Positions 18,643 to 27,885 are shown, numbered from the stretch's first letter. The stretch: 28,248 nucleotides of DNA from Acidobacteriota bacterium (GCA_037444075.1 JBBIND010000055.1:1-28248), one strand, 5' to 3'. The notes: a model not told the origin generated them from the sequence alone. Program-made: numbers and translations.

Positions 18643-21354
18643 CTAATTCCTCCACTCGAATCCCTCGCCCGGAGCCGGCGTGGCCCGCGCCGCGCCGCGG
18701 AAAACCGCGTTGAGGAACAGGATGTTGAGTCCGTCTACGTAAGCGCGGAAATTGGGATCCGCCGTGAAGCCTACCACCAACCCCCGGCCGTCCCGCTGCA
18801 CCACCACAAAGGGCTTATACGCCATTTGCTTGCGATTCTCTTCCCAGAGGTGGCCGCTCAGCAGGAGTTGGTCCGGCGCCTGGAAGAAGGCGGCGTTGAC
18901 GCCCTTATCCAACTTCACGGGGGTGAAGATGGCACGGCCCTCCACGAGCACGTTAACGGTCTTGCCGAGCCCGGCTGTGATCCAGTGGTCCTCGTCGAGC
19001 GAGGCGCGCACAATGGCTCCGGTGGCGGCGTCGGGCAATTCCTTTTCCGGCTGAATGGCTTTCAGGTAATCCTCCTCCTTTTGCAGCAGCTTGCCGGCGA
19101 CCCGAGCCTCGGGCTGTTCGGGCCGTTTCGGAGGTTCGGTGGCACGCGGCGCCTCCTCCTGCGCGACGGAAAGCAGGGCGACTTTGGGGTCCGCCAGGAA
19201 GGCCACGGCGCCGACCAGGCCGATGAGCGTGCCGCCTCCGGTTACCCAACTCTTCAGCCGCCGCACGCCGGCTTCACCCAGCGTTGCGGCGTATCCACCC
19301 ATGCCCTGATCGGGCAGGATGATGACGTCGAAACGGCTCAGATCGGCGTTGGCAAGGAGGCGCGAGCGGATCGCCGTGACCGGAAAATCGTACTGCCGCT
19401 CAAGCACGAAGCGGGTATGGCCGGCTGAATAGGAGGATGCGGGCGTGTCCCATGCCAAGGCGATGTTCGGCTTGCGCACGCGCAACACGTGGCGGCTGCC
19501 GAAGTTCACGCCGTCCTCCACCCAGCCCGTGTTCGTGGCTATCACGCTCGCGCCGGCGGCGGCGGCAAGCTTGGGGATCAACTCATGGATGGTAGCGGGA
19601 TTTTCCTTCACTTTGAAGATGAGCGTTCCGGGCGGGTATTCCACGCCTTCCTGCCGGAAGCTGCGGTCCGTGCTCCACACGGCCAGGCCTGCGCGCAGGG
19701 CGGCTGTCAGCAGGCGCCCTGAGGCGGCCGTGCCCCACGGCGCCAGATAAGCCAATTCGGCCTTGCCACCCGTGACGCGGCCAGGGAGGACGGCGTTCGG
19801 GGCGAGCATCTCGAAATCACCCTGCGAGGCTTCGGCGGCGCTGACTGCCTCGACGTTGTAGAGCAAGGGCAACGACCACGCGGTGACATCGTAAATCTCG
19901 TCGGGCAGCTTCTTCTGCCGCCGCCGTTCCTGCTCTTTCACGAACTCCGCTTCCATCGGTACGCTGGGGTCCAGCAGCGTCCGTATCAGACGCTTGGCGG
20001 GTTGCGCCAGGCTGATGGAGTAACTTCCTGCCGGGTACTCCTTGCCCGCGTTGCGGAAGCTTGCTGTGGCGCGGCGCACCTCGACGCCCTGCTGTGCAAG
20101 CAGTAGCGCCAACTTGTCGACGGCCGAAACGTCGCCCGTGCGAAGCAGGATGTACTCGCGAACGGGTTCGTTCTGACCCTCTTCGATGGCCGTCTGCCGG
20201 TAGCGGTAGAAATTGGCAAGCAGTTGCTCGCGATGCCGGGCGGCGGTTTCAGCGGTGGCGATGGAGGCCACAAACTGCTGCCGGACGGTATCGCGGAAAT
20301 GGAACACGGATTCGTCGCTGCGGCGCATCAGCAAGCCGCGCGCAGAAGCCTGCTCATAAGTCATGGCGACGCTGCCGTAGAAGGACGGCCAACTCGCGCC
20401 GTAGCCGGGGTAGAAGGCGTCGAAGATCTCGCGCGTGAAATAGCTGAAGCCGAACTTGTCAAACCAGCGGGCGTTGTTGCGGCCGAACCACTCCAGGCTG
20501 TCGCGCTGGTCCTTGGCGAGGTGGGGATTGTACGGCACCGCTTCAGGCGCGAAGTAGTAAGTGCTGTCGGCGCCCATCTCGTGCAGGTCGACGAAAACCA
20601 GCGGGAACCACTCCAGAAGCGCTTTCACGCGGCCGCGGGTCTCAGGCTGCGTCAGCGCGAACCAATCGCGGTTCATGTCGAACAGGTAATGGTTGGTGCG
20701 TCCACCCGGCCAGGGTTCGGTGTGCTCGAGCGCCAACGGATGGGCCTGCGGTTCAATGCCGTAGCTCTGCTCGAAATGGTGCACGAAACGGTCCCGGCCG
20801 TCAGGATTCTGCGTCGGGTCGATCAGCACCAGCGTATTCGCCAGAATGTCATCCACCACTTTGTCCCGCCGCGCCGCCACCAGATGATAGGCCACCATCA
20901 GGGATGCCTCCGGGCCGGAGATCTCATTGCCATGAACGCCGTTGCCCAGCCATACGACGGCCGGCAAGGACGCGATCAACTTGCGCGCGTCAGCCGGCGC
21001 TGTCTTCCTGGGGTCGGAAAGCCTCTGCATGCCGGTGCGAATCTCATCCAACCGCCGGATGTTGGCCTCCGATCCGACAGCCACGTAAACCAGCTTGCGC
21101 CCCTGCCAACTGGTGGCGTATTCGAACATGCGGACGCGGTTGGGCAGAGCGGCGGCCAACGTTTCCATGTACTTCATCAACGCCGCATGGGAGCTGATGC
21201 GCTCGCCGCTTTCGTAGCCCAACACCTTGCGCGGAGACGGCACGGAGGGATCGTAAGCAGCGCCCGGCCAGTACTCGAACCTGGTCTGCGCGGCCAGCGT
21301 GACTGTTCCCATGAGCAGCAGGAGGACAAGTAAGAGGGGTTTGCGGACAGGCAT
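18643..21354 (-). CDS. Secreted M14-family zinc carboxypeptidase with a large C-terminal extension
   Basis: 903 aa from the ATG at 21354, with signal peptide MPVRKPLLLVLLLLMGTVTLAAQ. M14 zinc-ligand motifs GNGVHGNEISGPEA (HxxE) and VDLHEMGADS. The C-terminal ~350 aa includes a segment resembling GATase1-like folds (DVIILPDQG...WVTGGGTLIGLVGA). Confidence 0.7.
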   Translation of the reverse strand: MPVRKPLLLVLLLLMGTVTLAAQTRFEYWPGAAYDPSVPSPRKVLGYESGERISSHAALMKYMETLAAALPNRVRMFEYATSWQGRKLVYVAVGSEANIRRLDEIRTGMQRLSDPRKTAPADARKLIASLPAVVWLGNGVHGNEISGPEASLMVAYHLVAARRDKVVDDILANTLVLIDPTQNPDGRDRFVHHFEQSYGIEPQAHPLALEHTEPWPGGRTNHYLFDMNRDWFALTQPETRGRVKALLEWFPLVFVDLHEMGADSTYYFAPEAVPYNPHLAKDQRDSLEWFGRNNARWFDKFGFSYFTREIFDAFYPGYGASWPSFYGSVAMTYEQASARGLLMRRSDESVFHFRDTVRQQFVASIATAETAARHREQLLANFYRYRQTAIEEGQNEPVREYILLRTGDVSAVDKLALLLAQQGVEVRRATASFRNAGKEYPAGSYSISLAQPAKRLIRTLLDPSVPMEAEFVKEQERRRQKKLPDEIYDVTAWSLPLLYNVEAVSAAEASQGDFEMLAPNAVLPGRVTGGKAELAYLAPWGTAASGRLLTAALRAGLAVWSTDRSFRQEGVEYPPGTLIFKVKENPATIHELIPKLAAAAGASVIATNTGWVEDGVNFGSRHVLRVRKPNIALAWDTPASSYSAGHTRFVLERQYDFPVTAIRSRLLANADLSRFDVIILPDQGMGGYAATLGEAGVRRLKSWVTGGGTLIGLVGAVAFLADPKVALLSVAQEEAPRATEPPKRPEQPEARVAGKLLQKEEDYLKAIQPEKELPDAATGAIVRASLDEDHWITAGLGKTVNVLVEGRAIFTPVKLDKGVNAAFFQAPDQLLLSGHLWEENRKQMAYKPFVVVQRDGRGLVVGFTADPNFRAYVDGLNILFLNAVFRGAARATPAPGEGFEWRN

Positions 21355-21452
21355 AAGAAAACCAGGATACGTCAACCTGCCCGGCGAATGCCTGAAGGCC
21401 AACTGCGGCGGAATGATAATATGTAGGGCTGGACGGTCTGGATAACCCCTCT

Positions 21453-22655
21453 ATGGATTCACGCAGGAATTTCATTGGCAAAGTGGCCGGCACGCTCGCC
21501 GGCACACTGACTGTCCCCGCGTCGGTGTTGGGCGCGGCCGAGCGCATACGGCTCGGCGTGATCGGACCCGGCGACCGTGGGTTGCAGTTAACGCGCGAGG
21601 CACTAAGCTGCCAAGGCACGGAAGTGGTGGGCTTTGCCGACGTCTATACGCGCCGCCTGGAAGACGCGCGCAAGCTGTCTCCCGAGGCGAAGACCTACCT
21701 CGACTACCGCTACCTGCTCGAAGACAAGAGCATTGACGCGGTGATCATCGCTACACCGCAGCACCTGCATTGCGAGCATTTTGTGGCTTCGCTCGAAGCC
21801 GGCAAACATGTGTTTCAGGAAAAAACCATGGCCTTCACCGTCGAGCACGCCAAGAAGATGCGGGCGGCTTACCAGAAGGCCAACCGGCGTGTGGTGCAGA
21901 TAGGGCACCAATCCTGCTCTTCGGGACAGGCCATTGACGCGGCGCGCTTTGCTGCCTCCGGGCAGGTGGGCAAGATCACGGCGATCCATGCGCACATGTA
22001 CCGCAACACGCCGCACGGCAAGCCGCAGTGGTCGCGGCCGGTCTTTCCGGACATGACGCCGGAGAACGTCATGTGGAAGGCGTTTCTGGGCGAAGCGCCG
22101 CGGACCGAGTTTGACGCGAACCGCTTCATCAACTGGCGCTTCTTCTGGGATTACTCGGGCGGCAACGTGTACGAGAACATGTGCCATCAGCTCTCGTTCT
22201 GGTACAAGATCCTGAACCTGGAGATTCCCACCGCGGTCCACATGGCGGGCGGCGTTTACCTGTGGAAAGACGGCCGCGAAGTGCCCGACACGATGAACGT
22301 CTCCATGCAGCATCCCGAGGAGATCCTCTATAGCTGGGACAGCGGGTTCGGCAACAACGAACTGGGGAGCGGCGAATACGTCCTGGGCACTGATGGGACC
22401 ATCTCACGGCATCAGCAGATTCGCTACCTGCCGCAAAAAGTCAACCGCCCGGACGGCGTCGAAGCTCTGGGGCAGACGCGCACCGCGCCGCAGGCCCATA
22501 TGCAGGACTTCCTGGACTGCATACGCACCGGCAAGCAGCCCAATTGCCCGTTCGAAATAGGCTTCCGCGTTTCCATCGCCTGCCGCATGGCGGTGGATAG
22601 CTACAGGCAGGGCCGCACCATGCGGTGGGACCCGGCAAGGGAAGAGATCGTCTGA
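21453..22655 (+). CDS. Gfo/Idh/MocA-family oxidoreductase with Tat signal (periplasmic)
   Basis: 400 aa. Tat motif MDSRRNFIGKVAGTLAG. Rossmann motif IRLGVIGPGDRG. Consensus EKP-like motif FQEKTMA. Confidence 0.8.
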   Translation: MDSRRNFIGKVAGTLAGTLTVPASVLGAAERIRLGVIGPGDRGLQLTREALSCQGTEVVGFADVYTRRLEDARKLSPEAKTYLDYRYLLEDKSIDAVIIATPQHLHCEHFVASLEAGKHVFQEKTMAFTVEHAKKMRAAYQKANRRVVQIGHQSCSSGQAIDAARFAASGQVGKITAIHAHMYRNTPHGKPQWSRPVFPDMTPENVMWKAFLGEAPRTEFDANRFINWRFFWDYSGGNVYENMCHQLSFWYKILNLEIPTAVHMAGGVYLWKDGREVPDTMNVSMQHPEEILYSWDSGFGNNELGSGEYVLGTDGTISRHQQIRYLPQKVNRPDGVEALGQTRTAPQAHMQDFLDCIRTGKQPNCPFEIGFRVSIACRMAVDSYRQGRTMRWDPAREEIV

Positions 22656-22663
22656 GCCAGCAG

Positions 22664-23680
22664 ATGCCGGCAGAGAGCCGTCTTCCAGCGCTGGGACGCT
22701 CGAGCGACGAGGAGTTGCGCCGTTGGGCGGAGAAGATCCGGGAAGGCGACTGGCGCGCTTTGGCCCGCGCCGCCACGGCTGCCGAAGAACAATCCCCGGA
22801 TGCCGCGGCGTTGCTGCGCGAGTTGTTTCCGCACACCGGGAGCGCCTCCATCATCGGAGTCACCGGCGTGCCGGGCGCAGGCAAGAGCACGCTGGTGGAC
22901 CGGCTGACCGTGGCCCTGCGGGAGGACGGTCAGCGCGTGGGCATCCTGGCGGTGGATCCGACGAGCCCGTACACCGGGGGCGCCATTCTCGGAGACCGCA
23001 TCCGCATGCAGCGGCACGAGGGAGACGCCGGCGTATTCATACGCTCCATGGCGACCCGGGGCCACTTGGGCGGACTGGCCGGCGGATGCCTGGACGTAGC
23101 CCTGCTGATGGACACGGCCGGCTGTGACGTGGTCCTGGTGGAAACGGTTGGCGCCGGCCAAGCCGAGGTCGATGTGGCGCGGCTGGCGGACGCCACCGTC
23201 GTGGTGCTGGTGCCCGGACTCGGCGACGACGTGCAGAGCCTGAAGGCCGGTATCATGGAGATCGCGGACGTTTTCGTCATCAACAAAGCCGACCGTCCCG
23301 GCGCCGGGCAACTGGAGCGGGAACTCGAATCTTTGCTCGACCTGGCGGAGCGCGAAGACGGCTGGCAGCCCCCCGTCTTCAAGGTGGTTGCCACCGAGGG
23401 AACAGGCGTCCGCGAAGCACTGGCAGGCATCCGGGAGTGCGCCGGACACGCGCGGGAATCAGACCGTTCCGCCCGGCTGTGGGAGCAGCGCTTGCGGCGC
23501 ATGTTCCGCGACCGGCTCACAGACAGCCTGCCGGAGGAGGCCTACAAGTCCGCTGCGCGTCAGGTGGCGGCGAGGGAACGCGACCCTTACAGCGTCGTGG
23601 ACGAGTGGGTGCGCCTGCTGCTGGGCGAACCGCCGGCGGCGCTGCGCTGCGGGAAGCAACACGAAGGAGACACACATTGA
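22664..23680 (+). CDS. MeaB/ArgK-like G3E-family GTPase (metallochaperone)
   Basis: About 338 aa from the ATG at 22664; the track ORF start at 22625 would overlap the upstream gene. Walker A GVTGVPGAGKSTL. Switch motif VETVGAGQAEVDVA. NKAD motif. Confidence 0.8.
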   Translation: MPAESRLPALGRSSDEELRRWAEKIREGDWRALARAATAAEEQSPDAAALLRELFPHTGSASIIGVTGVPGAGKSTLVDRLTVALREDGQRVGILAVDPTSPYTGGAILGDRIRMQRHEGDAGVFIRSMATRGHLGGLAGGCLDVALLMDTAGCDVVLVETVGAGQAEVDVARLADATVVVLVPGLGDDVQSLKAGIMEIADVFVINKADRPGAGQLERELESLLDLAEREDGWQPPVFKVVATEGTGVREALAGIRECAGHARESDRSARLWEQRLRRMFRDRLTDSLPEEAYKSAARQVAARERDPYSVVDEWVRLLLGEPPAALRCGKQHEGDTH

Positions 23681-24537
23681 AGGCAACCATTGGAATCATC
23701 GGCGGCAGCGGGTTGTACTCCATGCCGGGATTCGAAGCACAGGAGGAGATCAGCATCCCCACGCCGTGGGGAGAGCCATCGGATGCCTACGTGCTCGGCA
23801 AGCTCGAGGGGAGGCCAGTGGCCTTTCTGGCCCGGCACGGCCGGGGGCACCGGCTGATGCCGTCGGAGCTGAACTTCCGGGCCAACATCTACGGCTTCAA
23901 GTCGCTGGGTGTGGAGCGCATCATCTCGCTGAGCGCGGTGGGTTCGCTCAAAGAGGAACACCGTCCGCTGGATTTCGTCATCCCGGATCAGTTCTTCGAC
24001 CGCACGCGCGGCCGCGTCTCGACCTTCTTCGGTGAAGGGCTCGTGGCGCACATCAGCTTCGATCACCCGGTTTGCCCGCACCTGTCCGGCCACCTGGAAA
24101 ACGCCTGCCGCGCCGCAGGCGTCAACGTCGGCAGGGGCGGAACGTACCTTTGCATGGAGGGTCCCGCCTTCTCGACCAAAGCAGAGAGCAACGTCTACCG
24201 CAGTTGGGGGATGGACGTGATCGGGATGACCAATCTCCAGGAGGCGAAACTGGCCCGGGAAGCCGAGCTCTGTTACGTCACCGTAGCCATGGTGACCGAC
24301 TATGACTGTTGGCACCCGGAGCATGACTCGGTCACGGTGGACCAGATCATCGCCAACCTGACCAAGAACGCTGAAAACGCTTCCCGCGTGGTCGCCGCCG
24401 CCGTGAGTTCGATGCCCGCTTCGCGCGAATGCAAGTGCGGCAAGGCGCTGGCCAGCGCGCTGATCACGGACCGCCGGGCGGTGCCGGAAGCTACCCTCAA
24501 GAAGCTGGAGTTGCTGGTTGGCAAGTACTTCGCCTGA
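23677..24537 (+). CDS. mtnP: S-methyl-5'-thioadenosine phosphorylase (MTAP/MtnP)
   Basis: 286 aa. Probable TTG start at 23677 overlaps the MeaB stop (TTGA) and is preceded by an AGGAGA RBS. N-terminus KATIGIIGGSGL and motif MTNLQEAKLAREAELCY are typical of MTAP. Confidence 0.8.
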   Translation: MKATIGIIGGSGLYSMPGFEAQEEISIPTPWGEPSDAYVLGKLEGRPVAFLARHGRGHRLMPSELNFRANIYGFKSLGVERIISLSAVGSLKEEHRPLDFVIPDQFFDRTRGRVSTFFGEGLVAHISFDHPVCPHLSGHLENACRAAGVNVGRGGTYLCMEGPAFSTKAESNVYRSWGMDVIGMTNLQEAKLAREAELCYVTVAMVTDYDCWHPEHDSVTVDQIIANLTKNAENASRVVAAAVSSMPASRECKCGKALASALITDRRAVPEATLKKLELLVGKYFA

Positions 24538-25795
24538 AGCCCTGGCCGCGGCTCTGCTCGAGCAGTGCCTCGGCGATGGACGCTGGAACGATGCGCAACT
24601 GGAGGCGTTGGTCCGGCAGGCCTCCGCGCCCGCGTCGCAGGGCGGACTGAGCGCCACCCGGGCGCTGTTCACCGGACTCGTTGAGCCTCTGGCGGATGCC
24701 TTCGAGCCCGCGCTCTGTGGCGCCTACGGCAGGCTCTTCTCGAACGTCCTGGAGCGGCTGGACGCAGGGCTGAAAGCAGAAACCCTGGCGGAACGCTACG
24801 TCCGCGTGCGGCGCCCGCGGCGTATCGATTCGGCGGGCCGCACCGTAACGCGCATCTGTTTCCTTTCCCGGGTCACCCTGGGCGCCGACGTGGCGGTTAC
24901 CAGTGTGCTGATGGACGCCGCCCGGCGCAGATTCCCCGAGGCGGAATTATGGTTCGCCGGTCCGCGCAAAAACTGGGAGCTGTTTGCAGCGGTGCCAGGA
25001 TTGCGGCACGTCGAGGTGAACTATGGCCGCAGCGCCACTCTGCCGGAGCGCCTGGACTGCGGGCGGCAACTCGCCGGGCAGTTGCGAAACAGTGGAGCGG
25101 TGGTCATCGACCCGGATTCGCGCCTCACGCAGTTGGGCCTGCTGCCGGTGTGCGGCGAAGAGGATTACTTCTTCTTCGAAAGCCGCGCCTACGGCGCCGG
25201 CGGGGAAGAATCGCTGGCGGCGCTGGCCGCGCGCTGGGCCGAACAGACGTTTGGTGTAGCCGGGGCGCAGCCGTTCATTTCGGTTCCCCCTCCGGATGAG
25301 CCCATGGCGGAAGGCGCCGTCAGCGTCAGTCTGGGGATCGGCGAGAACGCCGAGAAGAGCCTCGGGGGCGCGTTCGAGGCTGGCTTGCTGGCAGCGCTTG
25401 CGGCGCGCGGCGCTTCGCTGCTGGTGGACCGGGGCGCGGGAGGTGAAGAGGCGGGCCGCGTGCAATCAGCTGTGGAGGCGGCGGCGATTCCACCGGAACA
25501 ACTGCAATTCTGGGACGGCGCCTTCGCGCCGTTCGCCGCGCGCATCGCCCGGAGCCGCCTGTACGTCGGCTACGATTCGGCCGGCCAGCACGTGGCTGCG
25601 GCCTGCGGCACGCCGCTGGTGGTGGTCTTCGCCGGATTCGCGCGGCCGCGCACGTTTCAGCGCTGGCAGCCCACCGGTCCGGGTCCGAAGCGGGTCATCG
25701 AGGCCGCAGGCATGGATGCGGGCGAGGCACAGGAGAGGACCGTGGCTGCGGTGGACCAACTGCTGGCAAACCCCTCAACTGCCGCCCAGCGGTAG
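24518..25795 (+). CDS. Glycosyltransferase family 9 (ADP-heptose:LPS heptosyltransferase-like) with N-terminal extension
   Basis: GT9 core from about aa 110 (RICFLSRVTLGADVAVTSVL) and C-terminal motif YVGYDSAGQHVAAACGTPLVVVFAG. The start is uncertain: TTG at 24518 overlaps the MTAP end, and an alternative GTG at 24845 would give a typical ~319-aa GT9. Confidence 0.6.
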   Translation: MASTSPEALAAALLEQCLGDGRWNDAQLEALVRQASAPASQGGLSATRALFTGLVEPLADAFEPALCGAYGRLFSNVLERLDAGLKAETLAERYVRVRRPRRIDSAGRTVTRICFLSRVTLGADVAVTSVLMDAARRRFPEAELWFAGPRKNWELFAAVPGLRHVEVNYGRSATLPERLDCGRQLAGQLRNSGAVVIDPDSRLTQLGLLPVCGEEDYFFFESRAYGAGGEESLAALAARWAEQTFGVAGAQPFISVPPPDEPMAEGAVSVSLGIGENAEKSLGGAFEAGLLAALAARGASLLVDRGAGGEEAGRVQSAVEAAAIPPEQLQFWDGAFAPFAARIARSRLYVGYDSAGQHVAAACGTPLVVVFAGFARPRTFQRWQPTGPGPKRVIEAAGMDAGEAQERTVAAVDQLLANPSTAAQR

Positions 25796-26860
25796 AGCGT
25801 TTGCGGGGGGGAGAGCCCAGCGGCCCGGGATCCGGCTGGAACAGTGCGGACACGTTCCGTCCGGCGAGATTCCGTACTCGAGCAGCCGAAAGCCTCGGCG
25901 GCGCACCAGGGTCTCTCCACATCCGTGGCAGCGCGTGTTCTCCGCCTCGTCCCACCGCCCCGGCAGGTTGCCCGCGTACACGTAGCGCAGCCCCATCTTC
26001 CGTCCGATCTCGGCGGCGTTCTGAAGAGTATGCACGGGTGTTTCGGGCGGCCCGTCCCACTTGTAGTCGCGATGGTACGCGGTGACGTGCCACGGAATGT
26101 CAGGCGAAACCTCGGCCAGAAAGCCGGCCAGCGCGGTCAGTTCCTTGGTCGAGTCGTTGAAGCCTGGAATGACCAGCGTGACAACCTCCATCCAGTAGCC
26201 GAGTTCATGGATGCGCCGGATGCTGTCCAGCACCGGTTGCAGGCGCCCGCCGAGCCGGCGGTACGATGCGTCGCTGAAGCACTTGAGATCAACCTTGAAC
26301 AGATCCAGCTGCGGGCGCAGGTACTCGAGCACTTCAGGCGTGGCGTTCCCGCTGGAGACGAAGCCCGTGCCTAAGCCGGCTTGCTTGGCCAGGCGGAATA
26401 CGGCCGCCGCCCATTCGGCTGAAATCAGCGGCTCATTGTAGGTGCTGACGACGAAGGCGGCTGCGTCATGCACGGCCAGGCCGACCAGCCGTTCCGGACT
26501 GACATCCATGGGCGGAGCGACGGCACGGGAGTCGCGAAGCGCCTGCGAGGTGATCCAGTTCTGGCAGAAGCCGCAATGCAGGTCGCAGCCCAACATGCCG
26601 AAACTGAGTGCCTGGCTGCCGGGCGCAACGTGGTAGAAAGGCTTCTTCTCGATGGGGTCGACGTGCAGCGAAGCCACGTAGCCCCAGGGCGCCAGCAATG
26701 TGCCCTCCTGGTTGAAGCGCACCTGGCAGACGCCGCGGCGGCCTACCGCGATGCGGCAGCGGTGGCCGCATGCCAGGCAGCGCACCCGCTCCCCTGCCAG
26801 CGGCTCGGCCAACTCCGCCGGACGGACATGATTGTCAAGTATCTGGGACAAGGTGGCCAC
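25775..26860 (-). CDS. Radical SAM enzyme, AmmeMemoRadiSam-system type (PFL-activase-like)
   Basis: 361 aa. CDLHCGFCQN (Cx3Cx2C) radical SAM cluster motif. N-terminal CLACGHRC and C-terminal CHGCGE...CPHC zinc-ribbon-like Cys pairs, the overall pattern of AMMECR1/Memo-associated radical SAM proteins. The 3' end overlaps the GT9 gene by 21 nt in convergent orientation. Confidence 0.7.
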   Translation of the reverse strand: MATLSQILDNHVRPAELAEPLAGERVRCLACGHRCRIAVGRRGVCQVRFNQEGTLLAPWGYVASLHVDPIEKKPFYHVAPGSQALSFGMLGCDLHCGFCQNWITSQALRDSRAVAPPMDVSPERLVGLAVHDAAAFVVSTYNEPLISAEWAAAVFRLAKQAGLGTGFVSSGNATPEVLEYLRPQLDLFKVDLKCFSDASYRRLGGRLQPVLDSIRRIHELGYWMEVVTLVIPGFNDSTKELTALAGFLAEVSPDIPWHVTAYHRDYKWDGPPETPVHTLQNAAEIGRKMGLRYVYAGNLPGRWDEAENTRCHGCGETLVRRRGFRLLEYGISPDGTCPHCSSRIPGRWALPPANALPLGGS

Positions 26861-26903
26861 GGCGTTCCTTCCTAAGCGGCCCGAATGGCGGCGGACGGCG
26901 CCG

Positions 26904-27392
26904 TCACGCCTGCTGGGTCCGGCGCGGTCCAGCCGCCACGGCGACCGTCCAGTGTTCCAGACGGCGGCGCATCTCTTCCTCGCCGCCCTGCAAATCGGCC
27001 AGGCTGGTGCGCTCGAGAAGTCCGTGCAGCATCAGCTGCATGGTGCTCCAGAGAGGGCGCAAAGAGCAGTCCCCGGCATGCGTGCAGGTTTCTTCCTTCC
27101 CTGCGTGGCGATTGCAGAAGCGGGGCCCGAACAACGTTCCGCCCAGGCACTCGAGCACGGCGCCGAGCGAAATCGATTCCGCAGGCCGGGCCAGCGTGTA
27201 ACCGCCCGTCTGTCCGCGCGCGCTCTGTACCAGCCCTCCCAGCCGCAAGTGCCGCATCAGTTTGGCGACATTCGGCTGCGAAAGACCTTCGGCACGGCTG
27301 ATTTCAGGAATCGTCAGGCTGACCCCGGGGCCACCCCGGGCCAAGTGCAACACGCAGCGTAGCCCGTACTCCTCCTGAGCACTCAGTTTCAT
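26904..27392 (-). CDS. Rrf2-family transcriptional regulator (putative Fe-S cluster-binding)
   Basis: 162 aa. N-terminal wHTH MKLSAQEEYGLRCVLHLA. Three clustered Cys (CNRHAGKEETCTHAGDC; Cx9Cx5C) as in IscR/NsrR-type sensors. Lies 43 bp upstream of the radical SAM gene on the same strand. Confidence 0.8.
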   Translation of the reverse strand: MKLSAQEEYGLRCVLHLARGGPGVSLTIPEISRAEGLSQPNVAKLMRHLRLGGLVQSARGQTGGYTLARPAESISLGAVLECLGGTLFGPRFCNRHAGKEETCTHAGDCSLRPLWSTMQLMLHGLLERTSLADLQGGEEEMRRRLEHWTVAVAAGPRRTQQA

Positions 27393-27438
27393 GCCCTTAT
27401 TGTACTCCCGCAGGGGCGGCTGCAGAGGGCGGGCAGAC

Positions 27439-27466
27439 GCCTTCGGGAGGGAGCCTTCGGGAGGGA
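27439..27466. repeat. Tandem 14-bp repeat GCCTTCGGGAGGGA x2
   Basis: Perfect tandem duplication in the Rrf2/rrn intergenic leader region. Confidence 0.8.
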
Positions 27467-27544
27467 GTTGCGCCGCCGGGAAGCGTTTGCTATATTGACA
27501 GAGGTCAGCGCGATCAGGGGAAACTGAAAAGAAACACCGGGCGC

Positions 27545-27573
27545 TTGCGCAAGGGAAATTTTTCTGGTATTCT
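27545..27573 (+). promoter_or_regulatory. Candidate rrn promoter (TTGCGC-17 bp-TATTCT); region also contains TTGACA at 27495 and TATAAT at 27646
   Basis: The 490-bp lower-GC region upstream of the 16S gene has several sigma70-like hexamers. None is a perfect -35/-10 pair. Rho-independent features are absent. Confidence 0.2.
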
Positions 27574-27885
27574 GATCGATGGCGACAATAGAATCAAATC
27601 AGGCGACTGGGAAAGAAGCTCAAGCAGCCTGAACTCGTTGGTTCTTATAATTTCCCAAGGTTTCGTCAGGCGGCGCTCTACGGGCCGGAAAAAAGCCGGT
27701 CGTGGGAAGATGCGTCCCTGAGACAAGCTTCGGGGCCGGCGGTGAAGCAGTCTTCCTTCCAGTGATCGCTGCAAGCCGTTCAGATCTTTGAAAATCTGGT
27801 TGGACGCACAAGTTTTCGAACCGTTAGAAGTTTGAGTCAAGCCGAAACCAACGGCGGCCCCAAAGGCCGCCAGCTCAAATGGATC

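Noticed and set aside
22625-22663. Track start of the MeaB ORF at 22625, overlapping the Gfo/Idh/MocA gene
   Set aside because: The in-frame ATG at 22664, just after the upstream stop, gives a protein of standard MeaB length. The earlier start would add a low-complexity overlap.
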